A stretch of DNA of 64,000 nucleotides, from assembly GCF_009914755.1 (NCBI RefSeq), contig NC_060933.1; one strand, 5' to 3'. The position numbers and the translations under genes were made by a program. Positions 1 to 15,405 of the stretch are shown here, piece after piece. Below the pieces are notes generated by a model, which saw only the letters and a list, made by a program, of their open reading frames with translations, searched no databases and was not told the DNA's origin. Positions within the stretch are counted from its first letter, which is position 1. Each line of letters starts with the position of its first letter. The DNA comes from the human T2T-CHM13v2.0 reference genome, Homo sapiens.

Positions 1-2706
1 GGAAGAATCCATTAGACAGTGTCTGTGCATATAATATCTTTTTTTGTTTTCTTTATGTAAGTTCTCTGATGGACAATAATGTCCCCAGGTAGCTAATGTC
101 ACAAACCTCTTAAACATGAGAGAGAAATTGTACCATTTCTCAAAGGCAGCTTTTTGGAAGGGAAGATCAAAGAGGAGGCAGAATTAAAGCCTTAGCTCAA
201 AAGGAAGACAGATTTCCAAAACTTCAGCTTTTGCCATTAAAACTTTCAGGTGTGTCCCAAGATAAATGATACATCATTGGCTACTACATCCCCACAGTGG
301 CCTCACTACTACCTCAATTTGATTTTGTGAAGGAGTGCTGAAGCACTATCAAAGAACTTTGGTGTTCCCTTGCTTATGTCATAGTTACCTAGAGAAAAGA
401 GAGTATGCCTTAGGAAATATTCCAGTTTAAAGCAACATTAAACATACCAAATTCATCACCGGGATTACAGTATATAGAATATTTTAAGTCAACCTGTATA
501 TCTCTGTCAATTATATTTTATTTTAACTATGTGAGAGAAGGAATAAAAGTTACTAAGGTATCACCTTTTCTAGTAAAAGATAACCAAATAAATCCATTGA
601 GAAGTCACGTTTATTCAAAAGAATTGGTTTCTCTGGACTTATGACATTTGAGTATAGTACCTCCTTTCTTCTAGAATACTCTGAGTTAATAAAAGTTTTT
701 TTGAAAATGAAATCCATGGGTATGTGTCATAATAAGTAAATACTAAATGCTTGTAGTTTTTCAGAGACTTTTCTTAGGTGATGTCTATTCCTGAAGTATG
801 ATCAGAATGCAACATCTAACATTTTACATAATTAAAGATTATAGTATTTTGTTTTAAAAAGCAAACTAGAAACCTCAAGAAAAACCTATCCACTGGCATT
901 CCTTTGAAACATACATACAAAGAACTTTACGGTGTTTTTCCTTGCCTTTGGGTGTTTGTTTTACAAGAGAGGAACTCCAGGTGCAATCACTGAATGAGGA
1001 ATTAGAACCTCCCTCCAAGCTTTCATCTGATTGCATACCAACACATAACGAAGGACATGATATATTTACAGTAGCTAAAGAGTTAATCTTTAGCAACTCT
1101 GCTTAAAAATCCTAATGGCAGACTGCCCATCATTCTTTTAGACAGAGCTTGTCAGAAAAACTAGGGCAGCTTGTCCAGCTCAGCAGTCAACTGATTACTA
1201 GTGAACTCAATGGGGCTCCCAGCCAACCCCTGAGATTGCTGCCAGCCCCTTGGGTATTCAAAGGCCAAGTTCCAATGTGGTTTACTTTGCCAGAATCACA
1301 TGATGTCAGTGCTATTTTCTCCTGACCAGAATAACCAGTCATTCAGGTTACTGCAAGTGGTATCGGTGAACTAGGCATCACTTCACTGTTAGAGGTCACA
1401 TACACACCAAGGCTCTGCTCCTTCTCACCACGGCCGAGGGGCCACTGGAGCCTCCTGCAGGAGGTCAGCTAATCCCAGTTTGTCAGTTCCAGCCACCCAA
1501 ATCCTGCACGGGCATCCTGCACACCGCAGTCTGCTCCAAGGACCAGGAATTACACAGGCGTGCTGCACATGGCACACTTAGAGAACAAAACAAACAGGTC
1601 CAACTTTTATAAAGAACAAGCTGGAGAGGAAAACAACAGAAAACTGGTTTTGGCTTTCACTTATATTATATTACTCGAGGTTTAGTAGGCAAGCCACACA
1701 AATTCTGTGGGATTTAGTCACCGTTATCCACCTATGCCCACATTCTTTGCATGGTAGTAAGACATTAATTAATTTTTACATCTATCAGGAGATTTTTCAG
1801 TTGCTACAGGATTTGCAAGGGTACATGCATGTAAGGAGTAGCCAGTTTTTAAAACTGTGATTACCCTTATCTTTCGGTGAGAGAAAGTATTTCACTCCCT
1901 AATGCAGAGAATTAAAAAACAAGATCCACTTTTTAATCTTTCTTCCTCCAGAAGAAAATACAAACATCAGGAATAGCAAACGGGCTGATATGGCTGGTGG
2001 ACTCTGTTTTCAAAGTCTTGAACATATTTCCCAATGCCTTAAAAACCTTGAAATATTTTTAATATTCCTCATTACTTCTATGGCACTTTGCATTTATTTA
2101 TATGAATTCATTTTAAAAACTCACTTTAAAGAGACTAAATCTTTAAAATATGACATTTAAAAATACTGTAGATTTTCTATATCATTATATTTATAGTTTT
2201 TCATCCTTTCTTTTTTCTGTCAGTAAAGTAATAAAGTTTTAACTGCTGAGAAATAATGGGCAGCAAGGTAAAGAAGTGTCATGATTTTTAAACATTTGTA
2301 TTTGTTAAAAAAAACAGAAACTGCTTCAGTTATAATATGTAAAAGAAAAAGAACTGTAATGACTGCAGTAACTACTATTACGTAAAAGACAATACATGTT
2401 TCAGAAATAATAGAGTCAATGAACTATCTGTTACTACTGGATACATCCTTATTAATATTACCTTGGGGAAACCTCTAAGCAAAGTGAGAACAAGATCACG
2501 AGAACAGGCGTCTTAAGATCTACTGATGCAGCTTTACATGTTCCTGCCATACAACTTTGTGGAGGAAAAAAAAATAATGTCTTTCCATCTCCTGCAGCAA
2601 AATATTGCACCCATGACGGTCACCCGTATTAAACTCAGGTAAACTTCTACAAGAAGTCCATCTGTCAAGGAAATTGTACAGTAAGAAAAGACTGGTGATG
2701 GATGCA

Positions 2707-2762
2707 TGGAAGGAAGGAAAGGAGGGAGGAAGGAAGGAAGGGAGGGAGGGAGGGAGGGAAGG
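2707..2762. repeat. (GGAA/GGGA)n purine microsatellite
   Basis: ggaaggaaggaaaggagggaggaagg... seen directly. Confidence 0.9.
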
Positions 2763-3318
2763 CAGGTTGGTTTCTACAAAGAAAAAAAAGACCAAAAACA
2801 ATTATTTTTACATCAATGCTTCATAATTTTCATTCATTCCATCCATGAAGAAAGTTTAAGCAGATCTGCAACAACTTCAAAGCCAATGTTATCATGTTTT
2901 TCAATCAAAATCAGGTGCTACAGTTAGTGTTCCCTGATGGTTACAGCTCATCTTTGACTATTCAACATGTCTTTTGTCCTGGTCTTTTATTTCCTTCTCA
3001 GATGCATCATATCCTACTGCTAACATAACATCTTTAACGAACTAACAAATGTTTGAAAGAAAGAGACTTGCTAGATACAAGTTCTCTGGTGCAAAGGGAC
3101 TGAGTGGTCACCACCAATTAGATTATAGCGGGATAATTTCACAGTTCTCGAGATGATTGTTTCAAGGAAGGCTGGAAATGTACAGAGGCAGAATAGCCTG
3201 GAAGTGTGTGGTTTTCTCTAAGCAGACCAAAACAGCCCACAAAACTCCCAGAAGGAAAAAAGCAAGTGAGATTTCGATCCTTTGGCAATGAAGAAATAAT
3301 GCACAAATAAAATGTTTT

Positions 3319-3468
3319 AGCCTAGCACAGGGGCTCACACCTGTTAGTCCCAACTACTTGGGTGGCTGAGGCGGGAGGATTGCTTAAGCTCAGGAGTTAG
3401 GGACCACTCTGGGCAATACAGTGAGACCCCATTTCCAAAAATAATTTTTTAATAAAAAAAAGAAAAAA
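3319..3468 (+). mobile_element. FLAM-like Alu monomer
   Basis: Single Alu arm (gctcacacctgt...gaggcgggaggattgctt...gagacccc) plus A-rich tail, flanked by aaaatgttt repeats. Confidence 0.8.
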
Positions 3469-3774
3469 ATGTTTAAAATGAAGTTGTCAGAAATACTCTT
3501 TTGAGACTACGTAATAACCTGGGTGCTGCCTCTAGGTATCTTTGCGGAATTGTTACAGTAAGTAAAACTCTCTCAAGCCAACATTCATGGCTCTCCATGA
3601 AGTAATCTCTATTTATTTTTTTCACGTGGCCTCCAGCACATCATGGGTCTTGTATTCCAGCTACACTGGATAACTTCTTGTACATTTTCCTGCCCTTTGA
3701 CTTTTGCTCATGCTGTTCCCCTGGTCTAAATGCCTCCCCAGCACTTGAAAAAACCCGTCTTTTAAAGTCAGTTA

Positions 3775-4167
<393 letters not shown>

Positions 4168-4763
4168 TCAGTAGCTTCACATTTATACAGTACTTCTCTT
4201 AAACACTGACTTGATATGGGCTTGCGTTACTTACTGATCTTATCCCTCCACCAGACATAAGCACATAAGCATGGAGACACGCATCTTCAGGGATGTGCAC
4301 TCAATAATCGTTTGCTGATTTGAAGTGAAATGATGAGGCTAATTTATTTTACAGTACTCCCGTGCACTGGTTCTCTAATAGCTGCTCAAAGGCCCTCCAC
4401 TGATCCAAAAGCCCATCTGCTATAATATTAGTGTTAATAATGATACATAGGTTCCTGAGATAAATAATTTAATTATCACATGCTTATTAGGGTCTCACCA
4501 AGAGCAGAGCCATTTACCTCTTTATTTGAATAAGACTTCTGAAAAATGCTTTGTAGTTGGGATTCTGTGTGTGTGTGAATCTATGCATGTGCATATATGT
4601 GCATTTACAAGCAAGGTCTAGAGGCCTAAATAATAATAATGATCTTTTGCTCCTCTTCAGTGAACTTCAGACAAGTACCTTAAAGCTACAAGCTTTAAAG
4701 TATTAGCTTATGAAAGCGCCAACCATGCTTCCAAATTTCAAAACAAAATAACCTTCGCTAAGT

Positions 4764-5023
4764 CAGGAAGATCACTTGAGGATGGGAATTCACCACCAGC
4801 CTGGGCAACATAGCAAGACCCCATCTCTTCAAAATAAAAATAAAAATAGCCAGGTGTGGTGGCGCATACCTGTAGTCCCAGTTTCTTGGGAGGCTAAAGT
4901 TGGAGAATCACTTGAGCCCAGGAGTTCGAGGCTGCAGTGAGCTATGATCACACCACTGAACTCCAACAAGGATGACAAAGTGAAACCCTGACTCAAAAAA
5001 AGAAAGAAAGAAAGAAAAAAGAA
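4764..5023 (+). mobile_element. 5'-truncated AluJ-like element
   Basis: gatcacttgagg...cagcctgggcaacatagcaagacccc, then right arm and (GAAA)n tail. Confidence 0.85.
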
Positions 5024-5654
5024 ACTTGGCTGAACCATGAGGAGTTAACACTTGGACATTTTTTGATTCTGCAACTGTAAAAGAATCTTGCTGAATTTGT
5101 TGAACTTGTGTCTCTAACAGATTACTGACATTTCCTTAATGTAAGATCACCTGGGGATTAAATCTCAACTGTAGCACATATCAATGACTGTGAGCATCTG
5201 ACTTTACCTTGTTTTACAATTCTCATGAAATGGATGTATGGTCAATGACTGAGGGGATGATAAACTTTATATTAACCAAACATGATATAAAAATCCAGGG
5301 CATACTGATGACCAGATATGGGCTGGTAAGAATTAGTTCTAATATAACATGGACATGGACATGCTTCAGTTTATATAAATTGCTCTATAGGTAGTGACAG
5401 ATTAACCCTCCTAACATCCTTAAAAAAAGATAATAAAAGTTATTATTCACTTTTATTGATGAAATACTTGGAGTGTTTAGACTCTCACAAGGTCACTATA
5501 AATAACCTTTTAACAATCCAGCTCACTGATGAGTCTTGGTGTGTTTTGTGAAGCACTCAACTGACTGTGAGAATCACATATAAGAGAAATGATCAAATAG
5601 CCTGAATGCCTTTGGAAAACATTGAATTCAACTCTGTCCTGCTCCAGAATCCAC

Positions 5655-5722
5655 ACACTATGCTAGCATAGTATTACTGAAGCGCAAAACACCATGCTAG
5701 CATAGTATTAGTGAAATACAAA
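5655..5722. repeat. 34-bp tandem duplication
   Basis: atgctagcatagtatta.tgaa...caaaacac occurs twice. Confidence 0.85.
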
Positions 5723-5734
5723 ACACTGTACTCA

Positions 5735-5870
5735 AGGCACCTAGTTTAAATCCACCACCTATTAGCTGTGTGATCTTGAGAAGTCCCTTAATTCTCCCTC
5801 ATGTGCAAAGGGAAGCTACCAATGGTGCCTGCCCCACAGGGCTATTATGAGTATAAAAATGAGACATTTT
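5735..5870 (+). mobile_element. MIR fragment
   Basis: attagctgtgtgatcttgagaagtcccttaattctc...acagggctattatgag, MIR core. Confidence 0.6.
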
Positions 5871-6823
5871 ATGCAGCTTCTGTTTTACCAAAAATATTCA
5901 TTTTGACCCACTTTTTCTAGAAGCCTCTCCCTCTAACAATATTCATATGTAAAACCAACAAAAACACTAATCAAATTCCAGAGAGGTTGAATTTCAGGGT
6001 GAGGGAGGTCTTACTGCATTTTTGCCTTAATAATCTCAGTTTCATCTTTCATTCCATACCAAAACATGGTTACAGGGAAACTATGTTCTAAGAAAAAAAA
6101 TTATTAATTATATACCCATTCTGCACATTTAGAAATAAATAATTTTCCAAAAACTTTTACCTAGACAAGAACCCCTCCTTACAAACAGAAGTTTTCTCTT
6201 TAGACCAATTTCACTGCTAACCATAAAGAAGAAAACATATAAGTAGGATGAGATAGAAGAAAAATCAGAAAGCAGAGAAAGACTAATTAGAAGATAGAGA
6301 AAAAAAGGAAGAGGAGTGAAATATAATATTCATATTCTAGCTGCCAATCCACTAACTTCCAAAAAGGAAAGTGAATATGCCAGACCATTAAAATATTTCA
6401 GCAACACTAGCTTGTTTGGCAGTCAGAGTCTCAGAACCATGAGAATCACAGTTACTTAATCACTGTGAGCTCATAAAACTGGACCCAAAGTGACAAGACC
6501 ATTGGGTGAGAAGGGTGAGAGGGAGCTGAGCAGGGTGATCTGCTCCAACAATGCACCAGTTCCAGAGGTCCTCTGCAGAACTTGAAGAGACAGCACAGCA
6601 TCCTGAGGCCGTTAACTTCCTGACTCCTGCCTTTGAAATAGAACCAGGAACTGAGCTTCCATGGCCTAGTTTGACCTGGCTTTGTCACTACCCCAGTTCT
6701 GATGAGATTATGATCTGCTACCCTAGAACTAAGCAGAGGTGAGAGCCAAGATGCCTTTCTATGGCCTAGAGCACAAGAAGGGCCCACATAGTAACAAAAA
6801 CACTGTCACTTTTATGGATTAGG

Positions 6824-7045
6824 CAGTATTGCCTAAAGGTTTAGCACCCAAGGCTTTAAAGCCAGACTGTCCTGGTTCTAAATCTGACTTTGACACCTAC
6901 TAACTGTTTAACCTTGGTTAAGTTGGTTAACACAGAGGCTCAGGTTCCTCACCTATAAAATGAGGGGAAGTACGAGGTTACTCTGAATATTAAATGAGAT
7001 ACACATATATAAAACTGAGTATAGTCCTAGAACATGGTGCACACA
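6824..7045 (+). mobile_element. MIR
   Basis: gccagactgtcctggttctaaat...ctcaggttcctcacctataaaatg...attaaatgagata. Confidence 0.75.
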
Positions 7046-7226
7046 AGGTGACAGCTGTGCCTTATTACAGCTACTGCACAGCTGAAAAAAACTGTGAAAC
7101 ACTGAAAGTCACTCTTCTACAAGCTGGATATTAGACTGTGAATTCCCCAGGACCAGCAAAACCCAGCATTCCCAATGCCTAGCTCAGTGCTGAATGAACA
7201 AGAGAGAAAACCTCAAAAATCTTTCA

Positions 7227-7562
<336 letters not shown>

Positions 7563-9390
7563 CTAAGACTAAGACCAATAATGTGCCAGCTATGGTTTCC
7601 TTGTCATTGAATTTATTAATATAAGTAGGCAGAATTATTTGTTATCATGCTAAAGAAAAAATGAGATTTTTTTTTAACGGACAAGGTTTTCTTAAAGCAT
7701 CATATCAGTATCTCAGTATCTCCTATAAATAGATTTTGTTTAAATAATACAATTTACTAAACTGTCTGAGCAGTGTGGACTTCCCCCATATTTATGTTTT
7801 TAGTGGCTGTAGCTGTTGTGGTGGTCAAACATTGAGTGTTCTTTTATGAACATAGTTAGCATAAAAGAACCTTTTGATGACTCGTATTAGAACATGAATT
7901 TAATAGAAGCAAAGGTACTGCTTATCATCACTGAGAACATTCATTCAGATCTACCACAGTTTTATAACTGCTCTGATCTAACAGAGCAATTTATTCCAAC
8001 ATGCAATTTAACCAATAGGCTGTTTAACCTTGGATACTTATTAGTAAGGGAACAATGCTTTCAGGATTATGCTGAATAATTCAGCCCTTCCAGTCAAAGA
8101 ACTTTTGCTGGTGGGTGAGAACAGCATGTTGTCTAAGTATCTGAGAACATTTCTACACATCTGGAGTATGTGGCCCTGTGCTGCCTTTCCAGGCCTGCTC
8201 TCCCAGCCAGAACTTCTTCTGCCATGGGGCAAGACAGTGGAATAGAACTATCTTATAAACTTTTTTGAACAAAGACAGATGATGTTGCACTACTACATTC
8301 CCTGTGAATTCTTTCTGCTGCTGCCAACTTATAGTATTTTTAAGTTTGCTCCTAGGTGTTTTACAGTAGAAGCCATTCCAAATAAGATTTTGCTGAAGGT
8401 TCAGCATGAACTATGCAACTACTCTGAGAAATAATCCCATTATTTCAACTGTTTACTTTTCCATTATACCCCATTTCCAAAATACGTGCTTTTAAAAGTT
8501 TTACATCCTCTCTTCATAAATCAAGTTAGTAAGGATGTCATTCCTTTTTAAAGCATGTTGCATAGAAACATTATAAAAACAAAATACATAAACACACATG
8601 TATACGTGCACACAACACACTTGCTCAACTTGAAACTGAGCCCCAGGACTAACAAACACACAGTCCAGGGCTCTGGTTACTATGCCTTCTTTCTAGGATC
8701 TGGCTTCATTTGGAGGCTCATATCCCATACCAGTGCTCCTCAAACCACGTTCTAAGGTCCATGAAATATTAATAATAGTTCTATGGGGAGTGGGGGAGTG
8801 GTATAATCAAATTTGTGGTTTTGCCTTAGGACAAATCTGAATCATAAGCACATAAGGCTCGTGAGAATCTCTTTGGTATTGAGTGAACCCTGCCAACTAT
8901 TCAACATTCACATCTCATTCATTGTTACATACAAAGCTCATGAAGTGATAACATTTCTTTGTTTTAAAAATAAAAGAGCACTGAAAAAAGAAGTCAATTG
9001 CTTGTGGTGGTGATGAAAGTGAAGAGAAAGTGAAAAGGCCTAAGGAAGTGATGGTTCTTGGAAGAATACAGATGTCTAGGAAAGAAATTATACTCCAAAG
9101 AGCTACCTGTAAATTTAGAAACTCATCATTATCTCTGGACAAATCTTTCATAAATGTCAAAGACCTGCTACATATCAAAATGGTCTAAGTTCCTAAGCAT
9201 CATAGAAATAAACTGGACTTGACTGTGGATTCTACTTGAGCAAAAGATCCTATGGCTGAGTCTTGGGTATGAAGAGGGAGAAGTTTCTCACATAAGCATG
9301 GGCCCATGGGGCTTAGACTCTGGAAAGACAGCTCCAGGGGTACTGCCATACATTGATGTTGGCAGGATCTTCTGTTTAAAAGGTATTGGT

Positions 9391-9706
<316 letters not shown>

Positions 9707-10805
9707 CTATTGGTGAAAAACAGATATTTTAGTTGACTGGGGCTTAATGCTGAGAAGTAGGCCTCCAATACAACCTGAAGATGGATTCGTGGTGGTACAA
9801 GTTTGCCTTCTGTGAGGGTCTGGAGGAAGCACTTTTATTAACAGGTGCCAAGTAGAACTGCTGGGTCCTGAAAGAACCTACAAGACACTGGGGTGAGAAC
9901 ACGTAGAGAAGAGTCCAAGTGCACTGAGAAAAGTGAGGCGCACTGACTTCAGAGAATGGATCTAGTTTCTTTCCTGTCAGTGAAAACTGAAGCTCACTGG
10001 AGTTCTGAGACAGCCTCTGGTCTCCTGGTCCACCCCAGGATGGCTCAATATCTGTAATGCAGAGGCTGAATATGTATAAATGCAGAGGCCCAATCCAAGC
10101 ACTCACTATGACTCACCAAGGACACTATGAAATGTGACCAAAGTCTTCCAGACAAAATTGCTTTTCAGTCATGTAAATATCCTTTTAATTCATGTTCTTA
10201 CTTAGTTTATGTAGCTTATGTGAAACTCGTTTGTCACTTTCTAAAGATTTACTTTTGTCGGACTCCAGGAAGGATTGTCTAACTTTTCCCTAAATCTCAT
10301 GGTGCTTCAAATAATAGGAACTTTTCCCTCCTCTACGGTTTTGATTTCCCATGGAAGACAGCCATTTAGGAAAGTTACCTGCATGCAGATATATGCACAG
10401 CTAAGGTAACATGGAGGTGTGCCAGTCGAGCATATCTGAACTGGCCACTGTCTACCTAGAGTGACAAACAAAATGTAGAATCTTGCAGGATAGCTCAGAT
10501 CCTACCATCTTGACAACCAATCACAGATCTGTCTTCTATACTGGGTTCAGGCAAGGCAGCATGCTTATTGGCCTATATGGGGCATGGATTGGCCCAAAGG
10601 ACCTGCTTTTTCTGAATTTGAAGGCACTCAGTTCAGGGAGCTACACAGATGGTGGCAAAAGGTAGCCACATCATTGGTTCTTGCCTCTCCATCACAATAT
10701 GTCTTAGCTTTTTAATAGCAAGAAACCTGTAGGTATACTAAATTGGTGGAATCCAGGAAAGGAGGAGGAAAAAAGTCAAGACAACAGCATTTAAGACTGA
10801 AAAGG

Positions 10806-11096
10806 GGCCGGGCACAGTGGCTCACGCCTATAATCCCAGCTCTTTGGGAGGCCGAGGCAGGCAGATCACCTGATGTCAGGAATTTGAGACCAGCCTGGCC
10901 ACCACAGTGAAACCCCGTCTCTACTAAAAATCCAAAAATTAGCTGGGTGTGGTGGCAGGCACCTGTAATCCCAGCTACTCAGGTGGCTGAGGCAGGAGAA
11001 TCACTTGAATCTGGGAGAGGGAGGGTGCAGTGAGCCGAGATCATACCATTGCACTCCAGCCTGGGCAATAGAGCAGGACTCCGTCTCAAAAAAAAA
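10806..11096 (+). mobile_element. AluS
   Basis: Full Alu; perfect TSD aagactgaaaagg. Confidence 0.95.
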
Positions 11097-11234
11097 GACT
11101 GAAAAGGCAAACTTGATGAAAAGGAAGAAAGAAGAAACTCAAAAGCAGTCACATCTCAAACCTTTTGTTTGAAGATAATATATACCATTCATATCACATT
11201 TCAGCCCGTAATAAGGCAGTGTAGTTGAGTCCAT

Positions 11235-11835
11235 TGTAGGGGCCAAGGGAAAACATCCCCTTTGCTCTCTAAAAGTTTGTTGAAAATTAACTCACAAAAG
11301 GCAGATTAAGAGGAGAAATGGCATATAAATTTATTAGTGTGCAAGGGGGAGAATGCAGGGATGACTGCCCCATATCCCAATGGGGTACAGATGCTTATAT
11401 ACACTCCTTCTTAGAGGAATGGGAGATGGGGAAGTCTGGATGGTTTTAAGGGGACAGTAAATGATTTTTAGGGGAACTTAATGAACTTAAAGTGGCCTGG
11501 GACAAAGTCTGTTGGGCCCACACAGCAGACAATGGTTTGTGACAAATGTCTGTCCAGATGTGTTGACAGGCTTCAGTGTTTCTTTACATGCTATGAGCTC
11601 AGTTAATGGAAATTCGGGGAAGGAACCAGAGATAATTGTTTTATTCTTTGGTGCATCCGAACTTGAGGCAGATAAGGGAACTTCAGGGAACAATTTCCTC
11701 CTTTGCTTTGGGAGAGACAGAGGATTGCAAGGCAGGAGGTGGAGGGGGTACAGTGTCAGAGAGACCTAAGGCTGCTTCTTCAGCTCAGCATGTCAAAGTG
11801 CCACATTTTGGTGTATCGGTTTCTGAGCCCTGACA
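11235..11835 (-). mobile_element. ERV1 solo LTR, MER39-like (MER4 group)
   Basis: TG...CA termini; 4-bp TSD ccat/ctat; minus strand begins tgtcagggctcagaaaccgatacaccaaaatgtggcactttgacatgctgagctgaagaagcagcc; AATAAA at 11335-11330. Family name is from memory. Confidence 0.75.
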
Positions 11836-14800
11836 CTATCATGTCACTTTTCACTTATCTACACAGGGCACTAAGATGCACTGCACCGGCCCTCACCATG
11901 ACTCCTCCCTCTTGCTGCCCTTCTCACTCCAGGCTCCTAAACACAGGCCACCTATTTGATGGGATATTTCAAACCTGGCTTTGATTGTGAGGGTCAGTTT
12001 GGCATACAGGTGATTTCCTTGTAGATTAAGAACATTTACTTTCTTCCTGCTGGATCCCTCCCAGAGATACCATCAAACCTCTACCTACGCAATTAGTTTT
12101 CACAGGTGGCTGTTTTGCCTCCAGTAAAACTACTTTCTTTCTCCTTCTGCAAGTCAAAGCACAGCGAATACACACGAAAACATTTCAGATATGAAATAAA
12201 CATGTTCATAAAGGCAGCTATGATGTAATGTATCATTTTTGACTGATCCAAATTATGGAATGAACTCCCCACACCAGGATTAAAGTGAGAAGAATCATTT
12301 CTGGAAGAAGGAGCGCAATGGGATTGTGGTGGGCTGAAGGCTAGAAAAAAGGGTTAGAATTGAGACAAGGAAAAGGAGCCACAATTTATGCTGGCTTATA
12401 ACGGCTAGGGTTTTCTGAGATGCCTTCTCCTTTCGTAAATTCTGTTACTGTTGACAATCCTAACTTACTATAGACAGAACCGACAGCGGAGAAAGAAAAG
12501 ATGTTCATACGCGTCAAGAGTCACTGGTAAGGCAGCTGTTTGTTTTTTGTTTATTTGTTTGTTTGTTTTTTGTTGTTGTTCCTGCTGCACCAGACCAGTT
12601 TCAACATGAAACTGGCAAGTTTTGAGATGTAGCTGTTTCTCTGGTCCTTTTTCTAGTAAAAGGCTCCCATTTTAGAGGCAGCCATTTCCAAAGGAAAAAA
12701 AAATTCAATGTCGACATAAATCCCTTGAACTAAACATCTGTTTAAACTGTTTCTAGGTCAGGAGTCTAAAACTGTGAAACACTAGGGGTGCAGACATGAT
12801 TTCTTTCCCAAGGTCTCCAAGTACTGCGGCATGCACATATCCTGCCATATTGTTTAAACATCTGGCTCACTTCCCCCTAAAAGAAAAGGGCTGATAGGGT
12901 GGGTTGTTATGGCTTTTTGTCTTAACCTATAACATGATTTTGTTATTTGTACAGTCTCTAAAACAAACTACTGTTAAACAAGGTTTTTTTTTTCCCTTAC
13001 TGCATTATTTAAAGGTGGATGTTTCAATGGCATTTGAATAGCATGAGGGGATTTTTTTTTTTCATAAAAGCTACGAACTCAAGGATGTTCATGAAGAAAT
13101 AGTTTCCTTCAGTTCTTCCCTATGAAGAAAAACTCTTCCAGAAGTTCCACTTTCAACATTCCCCTTCATTAACAAAACCAAGTACGTACTCTTGTTTTTA
13201 AAAGTCTGTTTCCATACCCGTATTTACCTGTGGAAAAAGACTGTGTTCAAAATATTAAAACATAAACTTATTTTAAAAAGATGCGAAGTGGAGAGAGTTC
13301 AAGTGCAGCTTTCCCAAAAGCCTGGCTCAAACCCTGTATACATATGGAATTCTGCACTGCGACCTCAGAAGGATCTGAGTGGCTATACACAGGTTTGCCA
13401 TCTAGATTCTTCACCTTTACTACTCAAAATCACCCAAATAATTTGTGTGTGCATCTGTGACGAAGAACAGTTATGAGCCTACATTATCAAATTCAGAATT
13501 GGAGTTTAGGGATAGCAAAACGAAAACTGAGCTGCAGACAAATAAAGTGGCCCATTCAATAAAAGTGAAAGTATATGGCGTAATCCGTGAAACCCAAATA
13601 TCAGGGTTTGTCCTCTGCATCTGGCAGTTACTTATCCTCCTCGTACAAACTATTACTGCTCCTGTGTTATGTCCATGTCTCTCCTAAAACTTGCTGGAGG
13701 CAAAAAAGCAACCCTGAAAAAGTTCCCAGTTTAAGTGAGAAAGAGTGATTTCACTGACAGGGCAGAACAATTGCCCATGGTTGTCAAATATAATAAAAGG
13801 ATTAGAGTTTTGTTTTGATTTATTTTAATGTACAAAGGAAGAAAGGAGACAAACTTCAAAGGTTTTGCCTCTAGCCCAGACTTCTGGCCTCAGGGAAACA
13901 AATTTCCTAGTGAATATTACAGAAATATAGAAACGACTATTTAAAATTGACCAAAAAAAAAAAGCAAATAGATATCCCTACTAAGACTAGATACGTATTT
14001 CAAAAGTCCAATTTTATTTTTCCTTCCTCTCTGTTACTAAGAGAGGTGGTTCAATATCCACTCCTGGCCTTACTTCACCTGCCCAGTCAACAACCATTCT
14101 TTTCCCCATGGAAGGTTATTTCTATATTTAGGTCATTTGTTTTTTAATTCAAAAGTACGTGCCCAATAAATAATGTTCTAGGAATAAAGAAACTGACTAA
14201 AGGAAGATACTATTATAAAAATAGAAACCAAAGGAACCCCTACTCTCTGTGCATTTAAGAGCATTTAGGTGAGAAAAAGACATATTACTGTGGTTTCTTT
14301 AGGAAAGTAAAAACACTCAATGATGAATTTTTATCTATCTGAGGATTACCCAGATTACAGTAAGACAAAACTTTGCATTAACCATTCAAAGGGTCCGATC
14401 TGCTATATGTCCCCTACAATATTAAGTACATACTTCTTTCCTGGATCTGTTCTTATTTTCAACAGACTCTATTTCTAGAATGTAGAGAAGAAAAGGATTT
14501 CAAACAGTCTGGAAAATATCATTTTTAAGTTCCAATCAGAGAACGTTAAAGCCAATAAGGAACTTGAAAGGAAATCTGGGCTATCCCCCAACCTAAGGCA
14601 AAGCCACACTGATAGCAACCCAAGCAGATAATAATCTAATCTAACTTTAGGATAAGTTAGGTTCCGTGACTTCCCTCTTAACATGTTCCTGTGCCTGACA
14701 CCCGTCTACTCATGAAATTTCTTTTCAAGCTGCAGCCTAAGCACATTCAGTTATTATCAACAGTGTTAAGTGAGTAGAAAGAGATTCAGGGGACAACATG

Positions 14801-15020
14801 AGACGCTCTGCAAGATCAGTCATGAGAACAAACCCAAAGACCTACTGGACCCGAATTTATTGATCTGGGAAAGGTATATCTAGGTCTCAGCAATGTTCTT
14901 TGGATCAGGATTTGGAGAAAAGGTTGTATCTACCACTATAGATTGGATATTATATCCTATTTGCAACTAGGACTATCTATCTCTCTATAAATGATGAACA
15001 GTATTCAGCTACAACGGAGG

Positions 15021-15405
15021 TGTTACAGACTGAATGTTTATGTCCCCCCAAAATTCACATGTTGAAGCCCAACCCCAATGTAGGCAGAACAGGGCCTTCA
15101 TATTTGGAGATAAAGCCTTTACGGAGGTAATTAAGATTACGTGACATCATAAGGGTGGGGCCCTAATATGACAGAACTAGTGTCCTTATCAGAAGAGACA
15201 CCGGAGAGCTTGCTTGCTCCGTCTCTGCCATGTGAGAACACAATGAGAAGGCTGCCATCTATAAGCCAAGAGAAGAAGCTTCAGAATAAAATCTACCTTG
15301 CCAGTGCCTTGATCTTGGCCTTCCCAGCCTCCAGTGAGGAAATAAATTTCTGTTGTTTAAGCAACACAGTCTATAGTATTTTGTTATGGCAGCCCAAGTT
15401 GACTA
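15021..15405 (+). mobile_element. MaLR solo LTR (MLT1A/B-like)
   Basis: tgttacagactgaatgtttatgtccccc...ataaatttctgttgtttaagc...tttgttatggcagccc. Confidence 0.85.
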
